Positions 36,181 to 50,657 of a stretch of DNA of 64,000 bases are shown piece after piece. The notes under the pieces are model-generated. The model was not told where the DNA came from and searched no databases. It was given only the letters and a program-made list of their open reading frames with translations. Each line of letters starts with the position of its first letter. The stretch's first letter is position 1. A program made the position numbers and the translations under genes. The stretch is from Kudoa neothunni (taxonomy: Eukaryota; Animalia; Cnidaria). The DNA lies in contig OZ199838.1 of assembly GCA_964304625.1 (NCBI GenBank), forward strand, positions 5,592,178 through 5,656,177. The letters run 5' to 3'.

Positions 36181-39100
36181 ATGATTTCTATCTTATTTTT
36201 TATTGATTTTGTGAAATTTTTATTAATAAGGCGAATTGTTCGTCATTTTACTAATGTTCACACGTCTAAATCTTTCCTGTCTTGACTAAAGTATCTGTAG
36301 TACTCCAAACCAGTTATTATTCTCCATCTTCAAATCTCGATAAAACTAAATTTCAATTTTTAGATAAAAATACCACGTTACATAGTCAAATGGTTTCTCT
36401 ATCTTTCGAATAATATCTAGCTGAATTGTATATTTACTGAATATATTTTTTAGAAATTGGTTGCAGAAGAAGAAATGTTTCCGTCAAATGAAATTTCTTT
36501 GATATTACCCGAAGTTTATCCGGCATAAATATACTACTAGCCGACAAATTAGCGCTTTGGTGATCAGTTGGATTTTGCCGTGTATTATTTATAATCAACT
36601 TTCTTGTTAATTATTTTATTTTTAATAAAAAAATTCAGAAAAATGAACAATGTTAAAAACGATTGAACACTTTCTTTATAGGCCGGTTGGATATTACTGT
36701 ATATTGAATTCTACTTCTCGCTATAGATGTAATACGAACTCTATACGCGAATAAAGATTCATATGTATTCATTCAGTGATGTCACAAGTTCAAAACCAAT
36801 AATCAAGGCTAAAACGGTCCAGAAATATGGTTTAACTAACAGTTTTTATTATCTTAAAAATTCAAGATATATGGTTCAAAAGTCATTACATTCTGAGGAA
36901 AAAGGGGGATTCCTGCGGCTTTATATAATCTGATCACACAGAGGGTTTCCAAAGGATATAACAGTCCAGGGGGGTGCTTGAATAATAGAGTTCACTCATT
37001 TTAGTTCATTTATATGTATAAAACTCAAGCCATTTTATTTACTTATCTTCACAGTTATACTTGATTATCCAGTAAATTAAGTATTTCCTGTAGAAATTAT
37101 TGTTAATTAATGTATTTAAATTAATTTTTAATTTATGAAAATTTTAAATATTTTAAATCTGATTAGGATTGGTATTAGATAGGCAAATTAGTTAGCTCAA
37201 AATTCGACATAACCCTTACATATGGTGAAGCGAATTTCATATTCGCTTATTCATACGAAGAGATCAAAAAAATAAAAACTAATGTTTAAGTTTGAGTTTG
37301 AGTTAATCAAACAAAAATGCGTCAAATGAATTTTAAAAATTTCCCATGTGTTGAGCCATAAAGATTCTAGAACCTCTAGTTAGTGAGTCAAGTCGTTGAA
37401 CAATGTTTCCAATTTGGGGTCCACGCATTAATTTCAGGATATCCATGAGAAGGCTTTTAAAAAATTTAATTTTCGTAAATTCCTGGCTTTAATAGCATAA
37501 CTCTGGAGCAACAATACCATAAATATGCGTGATTAATAAACCTAGGGGTTCGGATTATTATATATTATTCATTTTTTAGTTCATAGGAGACATCGCCGAA
37601 AAATTGTATCAATAATGAAATCTAAAATTAAATTAATATCTCATTTAAGAATATTGTTCATGACCATTTTTCCATTTGAACAATTATTAATTTGTGAAAA
37701 ATGTGTTTTCTTTGATTGTCAAGTTTTTTGCAATGTATTGACGGATTTTTGATTATATTTATTTCTTTGTTACCTATGTGTAAAAAAGTAGAAAAAATCT
37801 TTCCTTTTCTATCATAGGAATATCAAATTCACTGAGAGCATTGTTTTGTATCACGATTATATCCCAACAAATTGAAAATTGCCTCGGAATTTTACATTGA
37901 GTAACTTTATTTTAAAAATCAAGTACGATAAATATTTTATTTATTCTTAAAAAAACAAATCTTTAGTTCTAATGTCAACCGTTCTCTTCTTCTCACACGA
38001 ATTCTTAAGAAACGAGTAAATCTTTTTTAACCCTTCAAGCCCATATTTTGAATTCTTTTTAAATTAATTGAATATGTAAAATCTCAGTTCCCAATTTAAC
38101 TAAGAGGAATCAAACAGAACTTTCATTAGAAAAATGATAAATTACCTACCAGATTACTTCTATATTATTATTTATGCAAATTCGTAGATAAAATGATATA
38201 CTCGCTTTTATAACTTGGAAACGTTTTTACAATTATACATTTGATCGCACATTGGCCATAAAATAAAAGAATATTTTTCTAGTTATTACCTTTTCATTAG
38301 GAATATCATTTCATGGTCAACAAATTAATGTGTTAACTCATGAGTTTCATTTAGAAATTTGCATAATATCAATTAAGTACCTTCTATTACAATGTCTGTT
38401 ATCCACATACTAACAAATTTAAAATCAAAATTACGTTAATGTTTAAAACATGTGAGAATTTAATTCAATATAACTGGATCTATATACTTTGTTAAATTAT
38501 AATAAAATAAATACGTTGACCGATTATTATAATTTCAATTACCAATGGAACAATTATACATCTGTTTTTGTTGATAATCATAATTTACTATCAGAAAGTA
38601 ATTTATTTGAATTTTATTATTTATTTTATAAGGATTTAATAATTATTAAAACTTTATAAACTAATTATACAATTTTTGTTGGGGCTTGAAGGACATTTTT
38701 ACAAATATACTTCTTTTACACATTAATATAATGATTAAAAATAGATTTGACTAAAAATAATTCTAGTTATATTTATTTTTGAGAAGCAAATTAATAAATT
38801 ACAAAATAGTAATATCGATAACTTACTTTCATACGTTACAAATTAAGTCCAAATATAATTATTTTCGTTAACCACACGCGGAAACGTTTTCAACTACAAG
38901 CTGAAGTCTAATTAACAGCAACAACTTAAAATATTATATTATAAATTTTCTCGCTCAAATATCTAATAAGTATTGGAATAATCTTACGGAGTCGAGGAGA
39001 ATATACGTTACCAAGTCAAATTTTGGCAGTCAATGATCATTGCATTATTAGTAGGTATAATCATATGAATTAATTCGCTATGTGTATTTAAGGATCAGTT

Positions 39101-40351
39101 TAACACTTTTTTAGTGTAAGTAACGTGTAATGAAGTCCTTTGACATTATGACTATGCAGTTAGAGTTGTTTCTAATTCATTCTTAATTTATATGAAAAAG
39201 GTTCTTCCAAACTATTTATACGTACTAATCGACTTATCGTTCTCGTGACGCGGCGGTTTCCTAGAAAGGATAAAAATCTATACCTTGCTATAGACCCTTT
39301 ACATTATTCCCTAAGACTGCCTTAGCACGAATACGACTCTACTCTATCTAACGATGATTTTAGTTACAACTAAAACATTTATTTATACTTTTTTAATAAA
39401 ATTAAGTTTTTACCCTAAAATAAATTTTATTTTATGAAAAATATTAGTGAAAACTTGTTGTATGCGAAAAATTAACACAAGACTTTGTATGACACAATTG
39501 TGCCATTTTTGAATTAACAGTATATGATATCTGCATTATCCAACTTAATAGAAACATAATTTTTCGATGTTTATGTTATGATTGAAATAAGAATAAATTG
39601 AATAATATGTTGATGTACGGTCGTGAACGATCAAATTCAAAACTCATCTCACATTTATCAATATTTTTCTCATATTGTTTTCACGATTAATTCACCCTAA
39701 AATGTTTATCTTTGCAGAATTGTATAAATTTTTTGACGGCGTTATACAGTTAATATAAATTATTTGAATAAATATACGGTATATTTTAAAAAATCGTGCG
39801 GATATGAGAGAACGAATTATTCCCAAGTTATTATTTGTGTAATACCAGCTAACAAATTAAGTCCGCTTTTTATAAAATATAAAGTGAATATACAAGGTTA
39901 TTATAAGATGAAACACCCGAAACATGACGAGAAAACTGATATTTTTATTAAATTCATACCGATAATTTGCATCAAAAAAAACAATAACAATAACGTCGAT
40001 AATAACTACTACTTTATTTTTACAACAACTAATTTCAGCAGTAGCAATGTTATATGTATACGAATAAAATTATACAATGTATGTATGCTTTGTTAGTTTG
40101 GCGTGTATTCCCGATTCATCTGTCCTAATCATTGTATCTATTGTTGTTTACTGTTTCAAATTTAAGTTTTTTTAATTTTCGTTTCCGTAACGAATAATTT
40201 TTTGGGGTCGATAAACCAAAAAAATAATGAGAAGTGAAACTACCTGGTGACAGGTTAGACATAAAAATGCATGCGCAAACGCTAAGTGTTTTAGCTTAAT
40301 GTTTTAAAGTTGGTGCTCTCTATTTTGGTAGAAATAGTAGCAACAGTATTG

Positions 40352-43300
40352 ATGTTTCACGAACTTCAAAAGAAAGCTAAGGCCGTTCTTAAAAAAGTCA
40401 ATCATGGTGGAAATGTTTATTTGGAATCATCCACTCTACGAAGACGTAGTAGTGATATATTATTCAATTCCACGTCAAGGAATTTGAATGATGACACAAA
40501 TCCCACCGATAAAGACGTTGATGTGGTTAGTTATGCCGGTAATAGGATAGATCACAAATCAAAGTTTGAAACTTCACCTGAGAGTAACGATTTGATCGGT
40601 AGACCAGAAAACAATTTACAGCAACAACAACAACAACCATTAATTCCACCTTCTAAGACTACCAACCCAAAATCAATTGTTGAGAAGGAATTGCCTCAAG
40701 CTGTAGGAAGGAAAAATGATAAAAATGAATATTCTCTCAGCACAATTAAATCATTCATCAACGACGATATTCTACTAAATCAACAACACATCTACATTGG
40801 TGGATGGACGTATTTGTTGTTGGTAGAAGTATTCGCGTTGCTCCTATTGATGGCTAATGATGTGATTTTTGTGAATGGATTGTTGTGTGGAGTTGCTGTG
40901 GTGATATTGATATTGGCATTATTCTTTCTATTCACCTACTCACATGCCTTTGAAATTCATCAGTATTGCCAGGATTTACGCACTTACATATTTAATGAGT
41001 TGAGAGGAACCCATGCACATATTGATTTTGCGAAACTTCCCACCACTGGGATTGTACAGAAAAATCTTCACACCTATAAAGGTTGGGCGTATTTGACCAA
41101 CTCCTATGATCCAACAAAGTTATTGGCTGATCAGGATCCTTGCGTTGCGTTTCTGTCGTTTGGCAAACATTCGTTGAGTATCTATGTGGTAGCACTTGTT
41201 CCTGTGGAAAACAAACGACAGAGAACTAATAATTTCAATGTTGTTAAGCATTTCCGACTTGGTTACAGCGGTTTGGAGTTTTGTCTCGTGCCGGAATTAA
41301 TACCGCGTAGGAGGTATTGGTCGAAAAAATTGCCAATCAAACTCACCTACTCGGTGGGCACCCTTGTGTCGAAACGATTGGATCCATTCAAACCGTGTTA
41401 TCAGAAAATTCTCGATAAAGTCGACGACAGCAATCCTTGTGGACCACTACCGATTCCCAACCAAAAATTCAATAATGTCACCATCAGTTTCGATTACAGT
41501 GGAGGCGATATTTATATTTTTGCGTTGACTGGACGAGAAAAGGAAAGATGGTATCGTAGTCTGCGGTTGTGTGTTGAAGGTGGTCCTGCAGCGAGGTCTC
41601 GAACTTTTAAAGATATGGTTGAGTTCTCTACTGTTAATGTGGATCCGTTCTCAATGAAAATTGATTTTATCAACAAAGTCAAAGATGTGCTATCTCATTA
41701 TAAAACTATCAATAGTGTTGATAGTGGTGATGTCATCAAACAGGTGAAACCTCCTACAACTATGAATGACTCAACAGCATCTGCGGCTGCTGTTGCTGCT
41801 GCTAGTAGTGCTACTGTTGCAACGAGCAACCACAAAAAACAAACACCAAAGGATAATCCCAAATGCAAAAACAGCGGCAAAACCAAATCCACCCTCTCTA
41901 TCCAAGTGAATGACGAAGCTCTTATGGAAAAAAATCCTGTCGTGGATAAATCACTTCCTCTTAGTTACACCTCTTCCAACCAACAACAAGTTGTCAATCG
42001 TGACATTGTCAATCCGAGTGCGTCCACTCCCTCTCCCCCAGGTCCTAATGAAGCCAACAAACGATACCCACATCACGATCAAATTCCTCGTATTCCACCT
42101 GATAATATGCTAACGATGGATTACATTCTATCAGCGAAATCGACACTTGCTCTAAATCTACTTGCTTATCGGCTTACATGGGATGTTTGGAGAGAAGAAC
42201 GATGGACCAGTGCTGTGAAAACCAAAATACAAACCAAAATAAATTCACTTAAACTTCCTCCATTCATTAAAAAATTAACACTCGAAAAACTCGATCTTGG
42301 TGACCAACTGCCGGTTATCTGCTCCAATTGTGACCCTGTGTTGGATAGCGATGGTGGAATTTGGCTGAATCTACCACTTGTGTACAATGGAAAATTGTCT
42401 CTCTCCTTCAACACTCAACTCGATGTGAGTATTTACGATAAACTCATTGTTAAGGCCGCCAAAACCACCAACGATTCTTCACAGGACACCAACACTGTCA
42501 ATATAAATCTGTGTGAGGGTTCAGAGTTGACGGGCGAAGGTGCCACTGGCGCCAAAATCGATGATGCCCCCGATCTATTGGTATACCATATCGATGATGA
42601 AATTACCGACCCGAACAGCTGTTATTCACCACCCAATAATGAATTTAGTATTGATGATGAGAGTTGTGCGGATGATATGAGTCAACGTCTACACCCAAAT
42701 CAAACCAATTCTAACCCTAATTTTCCCTCGCCTGGTGATGATTCTTCTAGCAATGACAGCAAATCCGAGTCTTTTAGTCTCAAAATGGATCAATTACTCA
42801 ATTCGAAATCCGGAAAAAAACTATACAATGTTGTGGAAAAGTTGGCTCAGTCACCTTTCGTCAAGAAAATTGGACGCACTGAAATCGCCAAAAAAATGTA
42901 CAAAGCTGCCAAAAACAAACTTAGCAATCTAAATGTGATGCTAAATGTTAATATGACCTCAGTCAAAGGCACGCTTGTTTTGTATATTCCTCCACCGCCT
43001 TCAGATAGGTTGTGGTTTGGCTTTAGAACCCAACCAGCTGTTGCTCTGCAAATCTCAACCAAACTCAATACCAAAAGTATCAAACTCCCTATGCTTATTC
43101 AATTTATAGATTCTAAAATCAAATCCGAATTCAAAGTAGGCTACTACTCTACTTGTGTCCAGCTCTATTAGTGTGTTGTCACATTGATATTTATTATTGA
43201 AATGTGGTTGTTGGTATTTTCCACTACTTCCACCATTTCAATACTAACATACTGAATTGTTCATTATTTGTATTGAATAATTCTAATGCTCTTAATTGTT

Positions 43301-43388
43301 TTAGGATGTGCTTGTTCTACCCAACATGGAAGATATTTATATACCTTTGATGTCAGCAGATATTGATTATTTTGAAAGCGACCAATAA
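40352..43388 (+). CDS. TEX2: TEX2/Nvj2-like ER contact-site lipid-transfer protein (TM, PH-like, SMP domains)
   Basis: One long exon to 43136 and a last exon 43306-43388 (DVLVLPNMEDIYIPLM). Motifs RRRYWSKKLPI, IFALTGREKERWYRSL, KIQTKINSLKLPPFI, GTLVLYIPPPPSDRLWFGF. First in-frame ATG taken as start. Confidence 0.92.
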
Positions 43389-43827
43389 AAGTTTATCTTT
43401 TGTAACAAATCAGACCTTTTTAATATTTTTATTTTACTATTCATTAATGATGTTCTTTATTATCTGCTTTTCGTAGCTATATTTTGTAACAGCCCAGCAT
43501 TTAAGATAAGTGATTACTTGCTTCCATTATATTATTTCGAGTATTTAAGATTAATCTAAGGTCGCATTGTTAAAAATCCGGCGGGTTCTAATATACCAAG
43601 CATCGGTATAAATGTTACATTATTTAATTGTAGTATTTGTATCAGTTTATTAGCGTGAAAATCGGGATAAATAAAGGGACGTATTAATGGTTATTTATTA
43701 TACAATAGGTAATCGATTTCCCGTAATCCCCTTGAGGCCAGAGAAAAGTTAATGAAAATTCATCACAGATTGATTTTACGTACTTATACGAGCGATCGGA
43801 AAATTAAAAATATTTTGCATTGAAATA

Positions 43828-45300
43828 CAGTTGTGCCTCGATACTGCGTAACTAATTTTTTTATTTTAATTCCTTTAATCTGATGGGTGTACTATAAAAA
43901 GCATAACAAGTTCTCATATAACTAAGAAAGATATAATAAAAAAAATTATTTGTTATAATTTTTTGAAGTCCATATCGGGTGCTAATGATATTACTGTAAA
44001 ACGTTTCAGTTTACCAGTATATATTAACTTCAATATTGTCCGATAATTAAAATAGGTCTCCTAAATCTTGATAGAAGTTTGTTTACACAAGACAAAATCA
44101 AAGATTCAAACATTTCAAAATTTTGAAAAATATTTAAACCCCGAAAATATAAAGATATTAAAATAATTTTTATAATTGAGTAGTTTTAATGCGAGAAAAA
44201 AATCTTGTATTATTGACAAAGATATTTGAATAAAAGATTTTAGCGGAACCGAGGATTAGTTTATTAATTGCAGAAGGCGTTACGGTCGGAAAAACTCAAA
44301 TCGCACGGAGAAGAAGAGCGCTGATTTTAAATATATTTATCAATTGATGGGAAATTTTACCAAGATTTTGTCCATATACAATCCGGGATACATATTAAAT
44401 TTGGATGAGACGGCTTTTTTTTATAAACAGCTGATACAGCGGAAGTCCATTATTAAAAATTAGCACAATGTAGGGTGTAGAGCAATTAAAAAACGTGATA
44501 CAATGTTTATCATTTCTACAATGACCGAAGAAAAATTTAAATCACACATAATAGTAAAATTTTAATGAAAATTGCTGTTTTAGGGAAATTAAAGAGCTTT
44601 CAGTTTAGTGCCATTCGCAAATGAATGTGTCATTATCTTCATCTGTATTTTATCATATCCTCAAAGATATGAACCAGAGGTTCATAAAAGAAAACAGAAA
44701 GATTTTTATTATATTATAATAGTGCTAATATTTCCCTCAATCGATCGATTATTTCGTAAACACTGCGTATGTGGTGCAACCAATTTATCTAGGAAGAATT
44801 CACCGCTTAAAAGCCAATTAGAGAAACATATTATGCATAAATGTGATACTTAGAGAGGACCCAAAAATACTTAAATATGCCGTATTCGATTACTAAAATA
44901 CGTTAAAATTGGTTCGGGAATGGTTACGGTTAAAAAATTAGTAATTGAGTTAATAAGCCGCCTATTTTCAAACAAAAATAATTGGTTTTTTCTTCATTTT
45001 TATTGAAAAATTTGAATATTCATTTGTGTAGATAATAATGTGTAATGATGTTATTTTGTTGAAAGAAAATGAAATTATACAGTTACAATAAGATGATAAA
45101 GGAAAACTTACTTTTTGGAGTGAAGATCCTGATCTCATACACAACGATGAAATCGTTACAGCGTTTCAAGTATAAAAACTTATAAATCCGCAAAAACCCG
45201 TATTTTATGTACATCAATTTAAGGATGCCTTACGCAAAATTATCAATAAATTAATAAAAAATTATAAGGTAAATGAGTTGTTTTGTAAGAATGTTAAATT
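43828..45300 (+). mobile_element. Highly decayed pogo/Tigger-like element
   Basis: TA-CAGTTGTGCCTCGATA end and an NLDETAFFYKQL motif at ~44398. Right end not defined. Confidence 0.55.
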
Positions 45301-46281
45301 AGAAGTTATCGTTAAAAAATCGTTAATTCTTGTGATGATGAATCATAGGACGATCTGAACAATTTCTAGAAATGGACATATAAAAATTGCTCATAAATCA
45401 TTTTACATCTATTTTCCAGATGTGAATTTGATTCCAGGCGTAAATTAAATCGTATAGTTTTATAGAAAATGAACGAATAAGACCGTCAGAACAACTTGCA
45501 GCATTATCACTTAATTTGTTCTACTAGTTATGCTAAGAGTTTTGGGTACATAAATAGTCACCAAAGAAAATTGACCATTAACAAATTGAAGCGCGACCTG
45601 TAATCATGGACTCCTAAAAGTAATAATTTGTTTAATTGAACTCCTTTACTAAATTTTGTACACATTTAATCGTCTATAATAAAGACAATTTCATTACTCT
45701 AATGCTTTAATCAATTATAAACTATAACATAAAAATTATTATTTGACCTCTCAACCAGAATGTTTCTTTTAAATCAATCAAAACTTATTTTATATGAGGA
45801 AACTGATTAGACATTCTTGTTTTCGGAGTGTTCAAACCAGAAATATGTACGAGATCAAAATCGCATAATGTAAAAGATTTATTAGCTTTCATTTGCAAAT
45901 TTTTAAATAATGGAAATATAATTAATTGTTCTTTATGTCCAAATGATTTACATGATATTATGGATGTAATTGACTAAAACAACGTAAAATCGATAATCTC
46001 TGTTTTTTATAAAAAAACTTCTTTATAAATTACATTTTTTGCAGATGTTAATTTTAATTTCATAAAATAAACTGTCTTAAATTACAAAAATTATTTTGGA
46101 TCTGATAATTATGTATAAGAGAAGAAAAAGTAAAAAACGTAAAATCGGTTACCTACTCTAATATAATTCAACGGTGGGTATTCTAAAAAAGAAAAGACGC
46201 GGCGTTGTCCCAGAGACTTATTCAACTAACAAAATATTTGTATAGGTACTGTGTCTCTTCGGAATTAATACTTATTAGATT

Positions 46282-46408
46282 TTTGGCGTATCCGTTTAAC
46301 TAAAGAAGCGCTTTAAGTTCAACAATGCTATGACCCAAAATCAAGTAATTAGGCGCCACCACTCTTATCACGAGGAGAAAACCATGGATCCGATCATCAT
46401 CCGCTACA
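46282..46408. mobile_element. tRNA-containing mini-LTR-like element, reverse orientation relative to 27981-28105
   Basis: Colinear similarity to the reverse complement of 27981-28105 (GCGTATCC, GCTATG, TCAAGTAAT, CATGG, TCCGCTAC blocks). Confidence 0.55.
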
Positions 46409-46900
46409 GCTCTTTTCCGTATAAAATTAATATAAAACATGACATTATTTTGTAAGAAACACAATACAGTGCAACCTCAGACTTCGACCACAATCCGTTA
46501 TAGAAATGTCCTCGAACTCCGGATAATTTTTTCCCGTGCAAAATAATGAAAATTAGTTTAATCCGTTACCGCGCATTAAATGCATACTTATTTTTGAAAA
46601 CACATGCATACCTTGTGTTCATAACGTATAATAATAAAAATAAAACATTGGATAAATATTTATTGGTTGTCATACGATAGGTTATAAAGGGTGCTCCTTC
46701 GATGGCGGTCGCACAATTTGACTCAACGACTCTTCTAGAATTTCTTTTCTTCTCTGTTTTTCGCTCCAACCTGATTTGTTCTGAATACCCCTTCTATATG
46801 TATTCGAACTCGAAAGTGTTTCTGACTCAAAATTTATAATCAAACTCCGAAGTCGCGCTATATATAGGTTTGCCTTCTGATTTTGGATTTTATGGCTTAA

Positions 46901-47591
46901 CCCATTAGGGGTTACTGTTCCTTTTTTGGCACTCGAATAAAATACAATTTTCTCTTTGTTTGATCAATAAAATTACTTATAATTAAAAATTTATCTTGGT
47001 ACGGTCAATCAGTATTAACTTACAGAATAAAAAATTACTTTAATTTTATAGGTAACAAAAATATTGTGCTGTCAATGCTCAATCACTTGCTTAGTGCTAT
47101 TAATGAAATAGTATGACGGAATTAATTTAGTTCCCTTCATAAATTCATGAATCAATGTTACATATGTGTCAAAATTAATGTTTAAATTTTCTTTGGTATG
47201 CATTTTGAAATAATGAAGGTATTAACAAAATAAACATGTGTCGAAAAAGGAACAGTAACCTCTCCACGTGGAAATCTCCAAATAATCCTTTAGCAGATTG
47301 TTGATTTTCGTGATGGACATTGTTAGTTATACAAAGTTATTAGATGCTGTTAATGACTTCTGTGATAAAGATGATATTGTTTCTGAAGATTTTATCGCGC
47401 TTCCACCAACCGATGTTGATGATTTAATGGACGAGGAGGATAATTTGATGCCAAATTTAGCAATGGATACTGACATAAGAAACTTACCCCAAATATGCGG
47501 AGAGATTGAGGTGCAATATGAAAATAACTTAAGGCGGATTATAGGAAGTTTTACTTTTTATGAGGAATTCTTACATGAGTGTTCAGTATAA
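46901..47591 (+). mobile_element. 5' remnant of a piggyBac-like element
   Basis: TTAA-CCCATTAGGGGTTACTGTTCCTTTTT with an internal inverted copy AAAAAGGAACAGTAACC at ~47244-47260; acidic ORF DFIALPPTDVDDLMDEED resembling piggyBac transposase N-termini. Confidence 0.45.
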
Positions 47592-48030
47592 CATTCGATA
47601 AACGTAAAAATGTAGTTAAAAAGAGCTAAAAAATTGTCATTTCTATAATATTACTAGTTTGAATTAACTATATATGTACAGATAAAATAATAATCTCCAA
47701 TAACATATCATGTTTACATCTTGAAATATTCATAATTAATATAATCATTTTAAAAAATTATAAACTAAAACAATCTTACTACAGTAATATATATACATTT
47801 CAAAGTACATAAAGTATTTTTATTATAGTGAAAAATGAGATGTTTTTGTAAAATTTGCAAAAATTTATTTTTAAAGTTAGTTTGTATAAAATTTGTATAT
47901 TTCAATAGTAAACAATCTAAACAATAATAAATAACTTTTGAGTTAATAACTAAGAAAGAAACTAAATAATTAAATGTTTGTTGAAAAAAGATGGAGATTA
48001 TTATCTATCGATATTTTGAATGTTTGGTCT
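47555..48030 (+). mobile_element. Fragment of the 3' non-coding region of the hAT family
   Basis: Colinear similarity to ~60280-60740 (AGTATAACATTCGATAAA, TTAATAACTAAGAAAGAAAC, TGTTTGTTGAAAAAA, ATGGAGATTA). Confidence 0.7.
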
Positions 48031-49166
48031 GTGCGTATTCTTAAAATGCAGCGTTCGAATTCCATGTGTGACAGAGACATTTATGAAATTTTGTAAAAAT
48101 CACAATGTTTCAATAAATCTTTAAATCATCTTCACACTACCAAATGTTTCCATAAGTGTTTAGAAATTGTGATTTTGTCGGTTGAAGTTAATTTTTCCCA
48201 TTATATGCTCTATCAAATGTTGATTAACTGCTGCTATCTGACTTTGTATATAAATTCAGTGCAGATAGTTGTAATTTTATTTCACCAAATTATTTGAATT
48301 GTTTATGAGATAAGGCGCATTAAAGTTTGTGCTGGGCCGAAGGATATTTATTTAGTAATAAAAATTAATTTTCTTATGTTTTTTTCTATCTCTATATATT
48401 TTTTTATCTTGCATGAATAGTTGTGAATGAACTTTCTAAGCCGGACCAAAAATAACTTTTAGGGTAACATTTAACGGGATTTAAATTTCGCTAATCCAAA
48501 TTGTTGAAAATATGTCACTTAAAAACTTGTAGTTATTTTGCATCTATGGGTTAATTTGGGATTTTAATATATTTTTTGAATGTTATTAAGAAATGTATCT
48601 ATGCGACATCTTCCACAAGCAACGCTGGGCAGTTCCCGCTAATATTCTGATAAATGACTTAATCAGATTAGGTTTCTTATGGTGAATAACATTAAATTTC
48701 CGTTTACAAGCTCACCAAATGCTTTCAATTCTATTCGTTAGACCGTTTTGAGTGGACAAAAATTCTGTTGAACAATTAAATATATGTTTTTATTATGCTT
48801 CGTTTTTATCGTAAAAATCGACTCGCGCATCAGTGCTATTATATACTTTAGCCCTTAAATTAAGAATTTTATGTTACGATAACATGCTCAAGCTTTTATC
48901 AATCTAATATATGGGAAAAGTAATAAGTAAGAGCTAAAGTAATAAAAGCTGCCATATTTGCGCAGGCGCGTAAAACTCATGATATCTTTTGCAATAATTT
49001 TTCAACTCAGGATGACCTTGAGGTAAAAGTAAGGAATGTTATTTTTTTAAAACAATATGAACACATTGATGATTGTATAGATTTCATTTACTCTAAAGTT
49101 TAAAAATACAATCTCACATTGAATAGTCCTGTATAAACTCTTTAAATCGGCGCTCATATAAACGAA

Positions 49167-49297
49167 TGTAACACAAGACCCGAACCGGGATTCGAAACTG
49201 GGTTCTTTGCATTAAAAGGCGAGGATGCCATACCGCACCGCTCTCGATCGCGCATCTATGGTTATTGGATTACAACCCTTATAATCCAGATATTACA
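49167..49297. mobile_element. 131-bp tRNA-containing mini-LTR-like element
   Basis: TGTAACA..TATTACA inverted ends; reverse strand carries GTTTCGAATCCCGG (B-box/T-loop) and GGTGCGGTATGG (D-loop-like). TSD not convincing. Confidence 0.55.
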
Positions 49298-49489
49298 ACA
49301 AGAATTAATATATTAAAGCAGAAGTTTGAGTTTTTAAAAATATTAGAAGGTTATCAACTGAAGTCTCATCAATATAGTTAGCGGTATGATGTCTCGCGCA
49401 GCACTAGTGCGAAGTTTGCCTGAGACGGCCGCCGATATAATTAATTCGTGTACGATTATCTAAATTTAACAACTTGTTTAAATAAAAAA

Positions 49490-50657
49490 ATGTTTGGAAT
49501 GTTTGATAACGATCTAATGGGTGATTATAACCACCCCGCGGGCTTATTTCCTTCTAGCCAAGGACAGGAAAGAGTAATCAAATTTTCTTTTCATCTAATT
49601 CAGCTCTGCTTATAACATGTATATTTTTTAAATGAATATCTAGAAAACCGGCACCAAACCATCTCAAGTGATTATTCCAAGCACTGTGAATATGATTTTG
49701 AATGCTGAGTACTTTCCTTCGGATGATTCGTTCAAATTTGGTCCCTACCAAATGCATCAGGTATTTTATTATCTAATGCTGGTTTTATTCACATTTTACG
49801 CCTTATCTAGTTGATGGTGGTTGGAATTATTCGAGAGATTGTTGATGATACAACGAATATTGCATTTAAAATTGACGATGGTACTCATCCTGAGTTTCTC
49901 TCAGGTAGATTTTGGTTATCGGATAAGGTAGATTTATAGAATTGATTGGATTTGAGTGATTTCAATTTTTTTCATTTAAGGACGCTGTTCAAAGTGATAA
50001 ACTTTCGCTTTGCCGGTACACCCTCTAACGATTTTAATTGCAAATTACGCGGTTATTTCTATATTGTAGGGAAGATATGTTTGTGAGAGTGAGTGGTTTA
50101 TTGAAAGGAGCACCAGAAAATGGCCGAATCCTTATGATTTTCGATATCCAGCCTATCACCAACTACAACGAAATCACCTTTCATCTACTTAACACTATTC
50201 ATTCCTATCTATATCAAACAAAGGTTTTATCGTGGTGGTTATTTTTATTAATTCCAATGGTAGGTTGTTTCGAAAGGTAGTAGCAATGCCAATCAATCTT
50301 CAGTATTAACCACGAACGATAACGCGTTAAATATCGGTACAAATGAAAGATTCAGCAGCTTTCATGGTGCAGGCTTGAACGAACCTTATAAAACGGTACA
50401 CGCTTATTGATGGTGCTCGCGCTCTATTTCATTCTTAGGTGTACGATGTTATCTCGAAATCGAAAATCAATGGAGGTATCGGTATTGAGGAAGTCAAAAG
50501 TAAACTACCTCATGTACCCGAATCTGAGATAAGGTATTTTGGTTGAGTGAGATTGAGTGGTAGTTTCACTCTGTATAGATCTGTTGTCGATTTTTTGAGT
50601 GGAGAAGGCCATATCTACTGTACAATTGATAATGACCACTTCAATATTACCGATTAA
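49490..50657 (+). CDS. RPA2: Replication protein A 32-kDa subunit, multi-exon
   Basis: IIPSTVNMIL, LMVVGIIR..IAFKIDDGT, FVRVSGLLK..FDIQPITNYNEITFHLL (OB fold) and C-terminal winged helix FLSGEGHIYCTIDNDHF. Confidence 0.93.

Noticed and set aside
49167-49297. Functional tRNA gene
   Set aside because: The cloverleaf is incomplete and it sits within TG..CA ends shared with related repeats.
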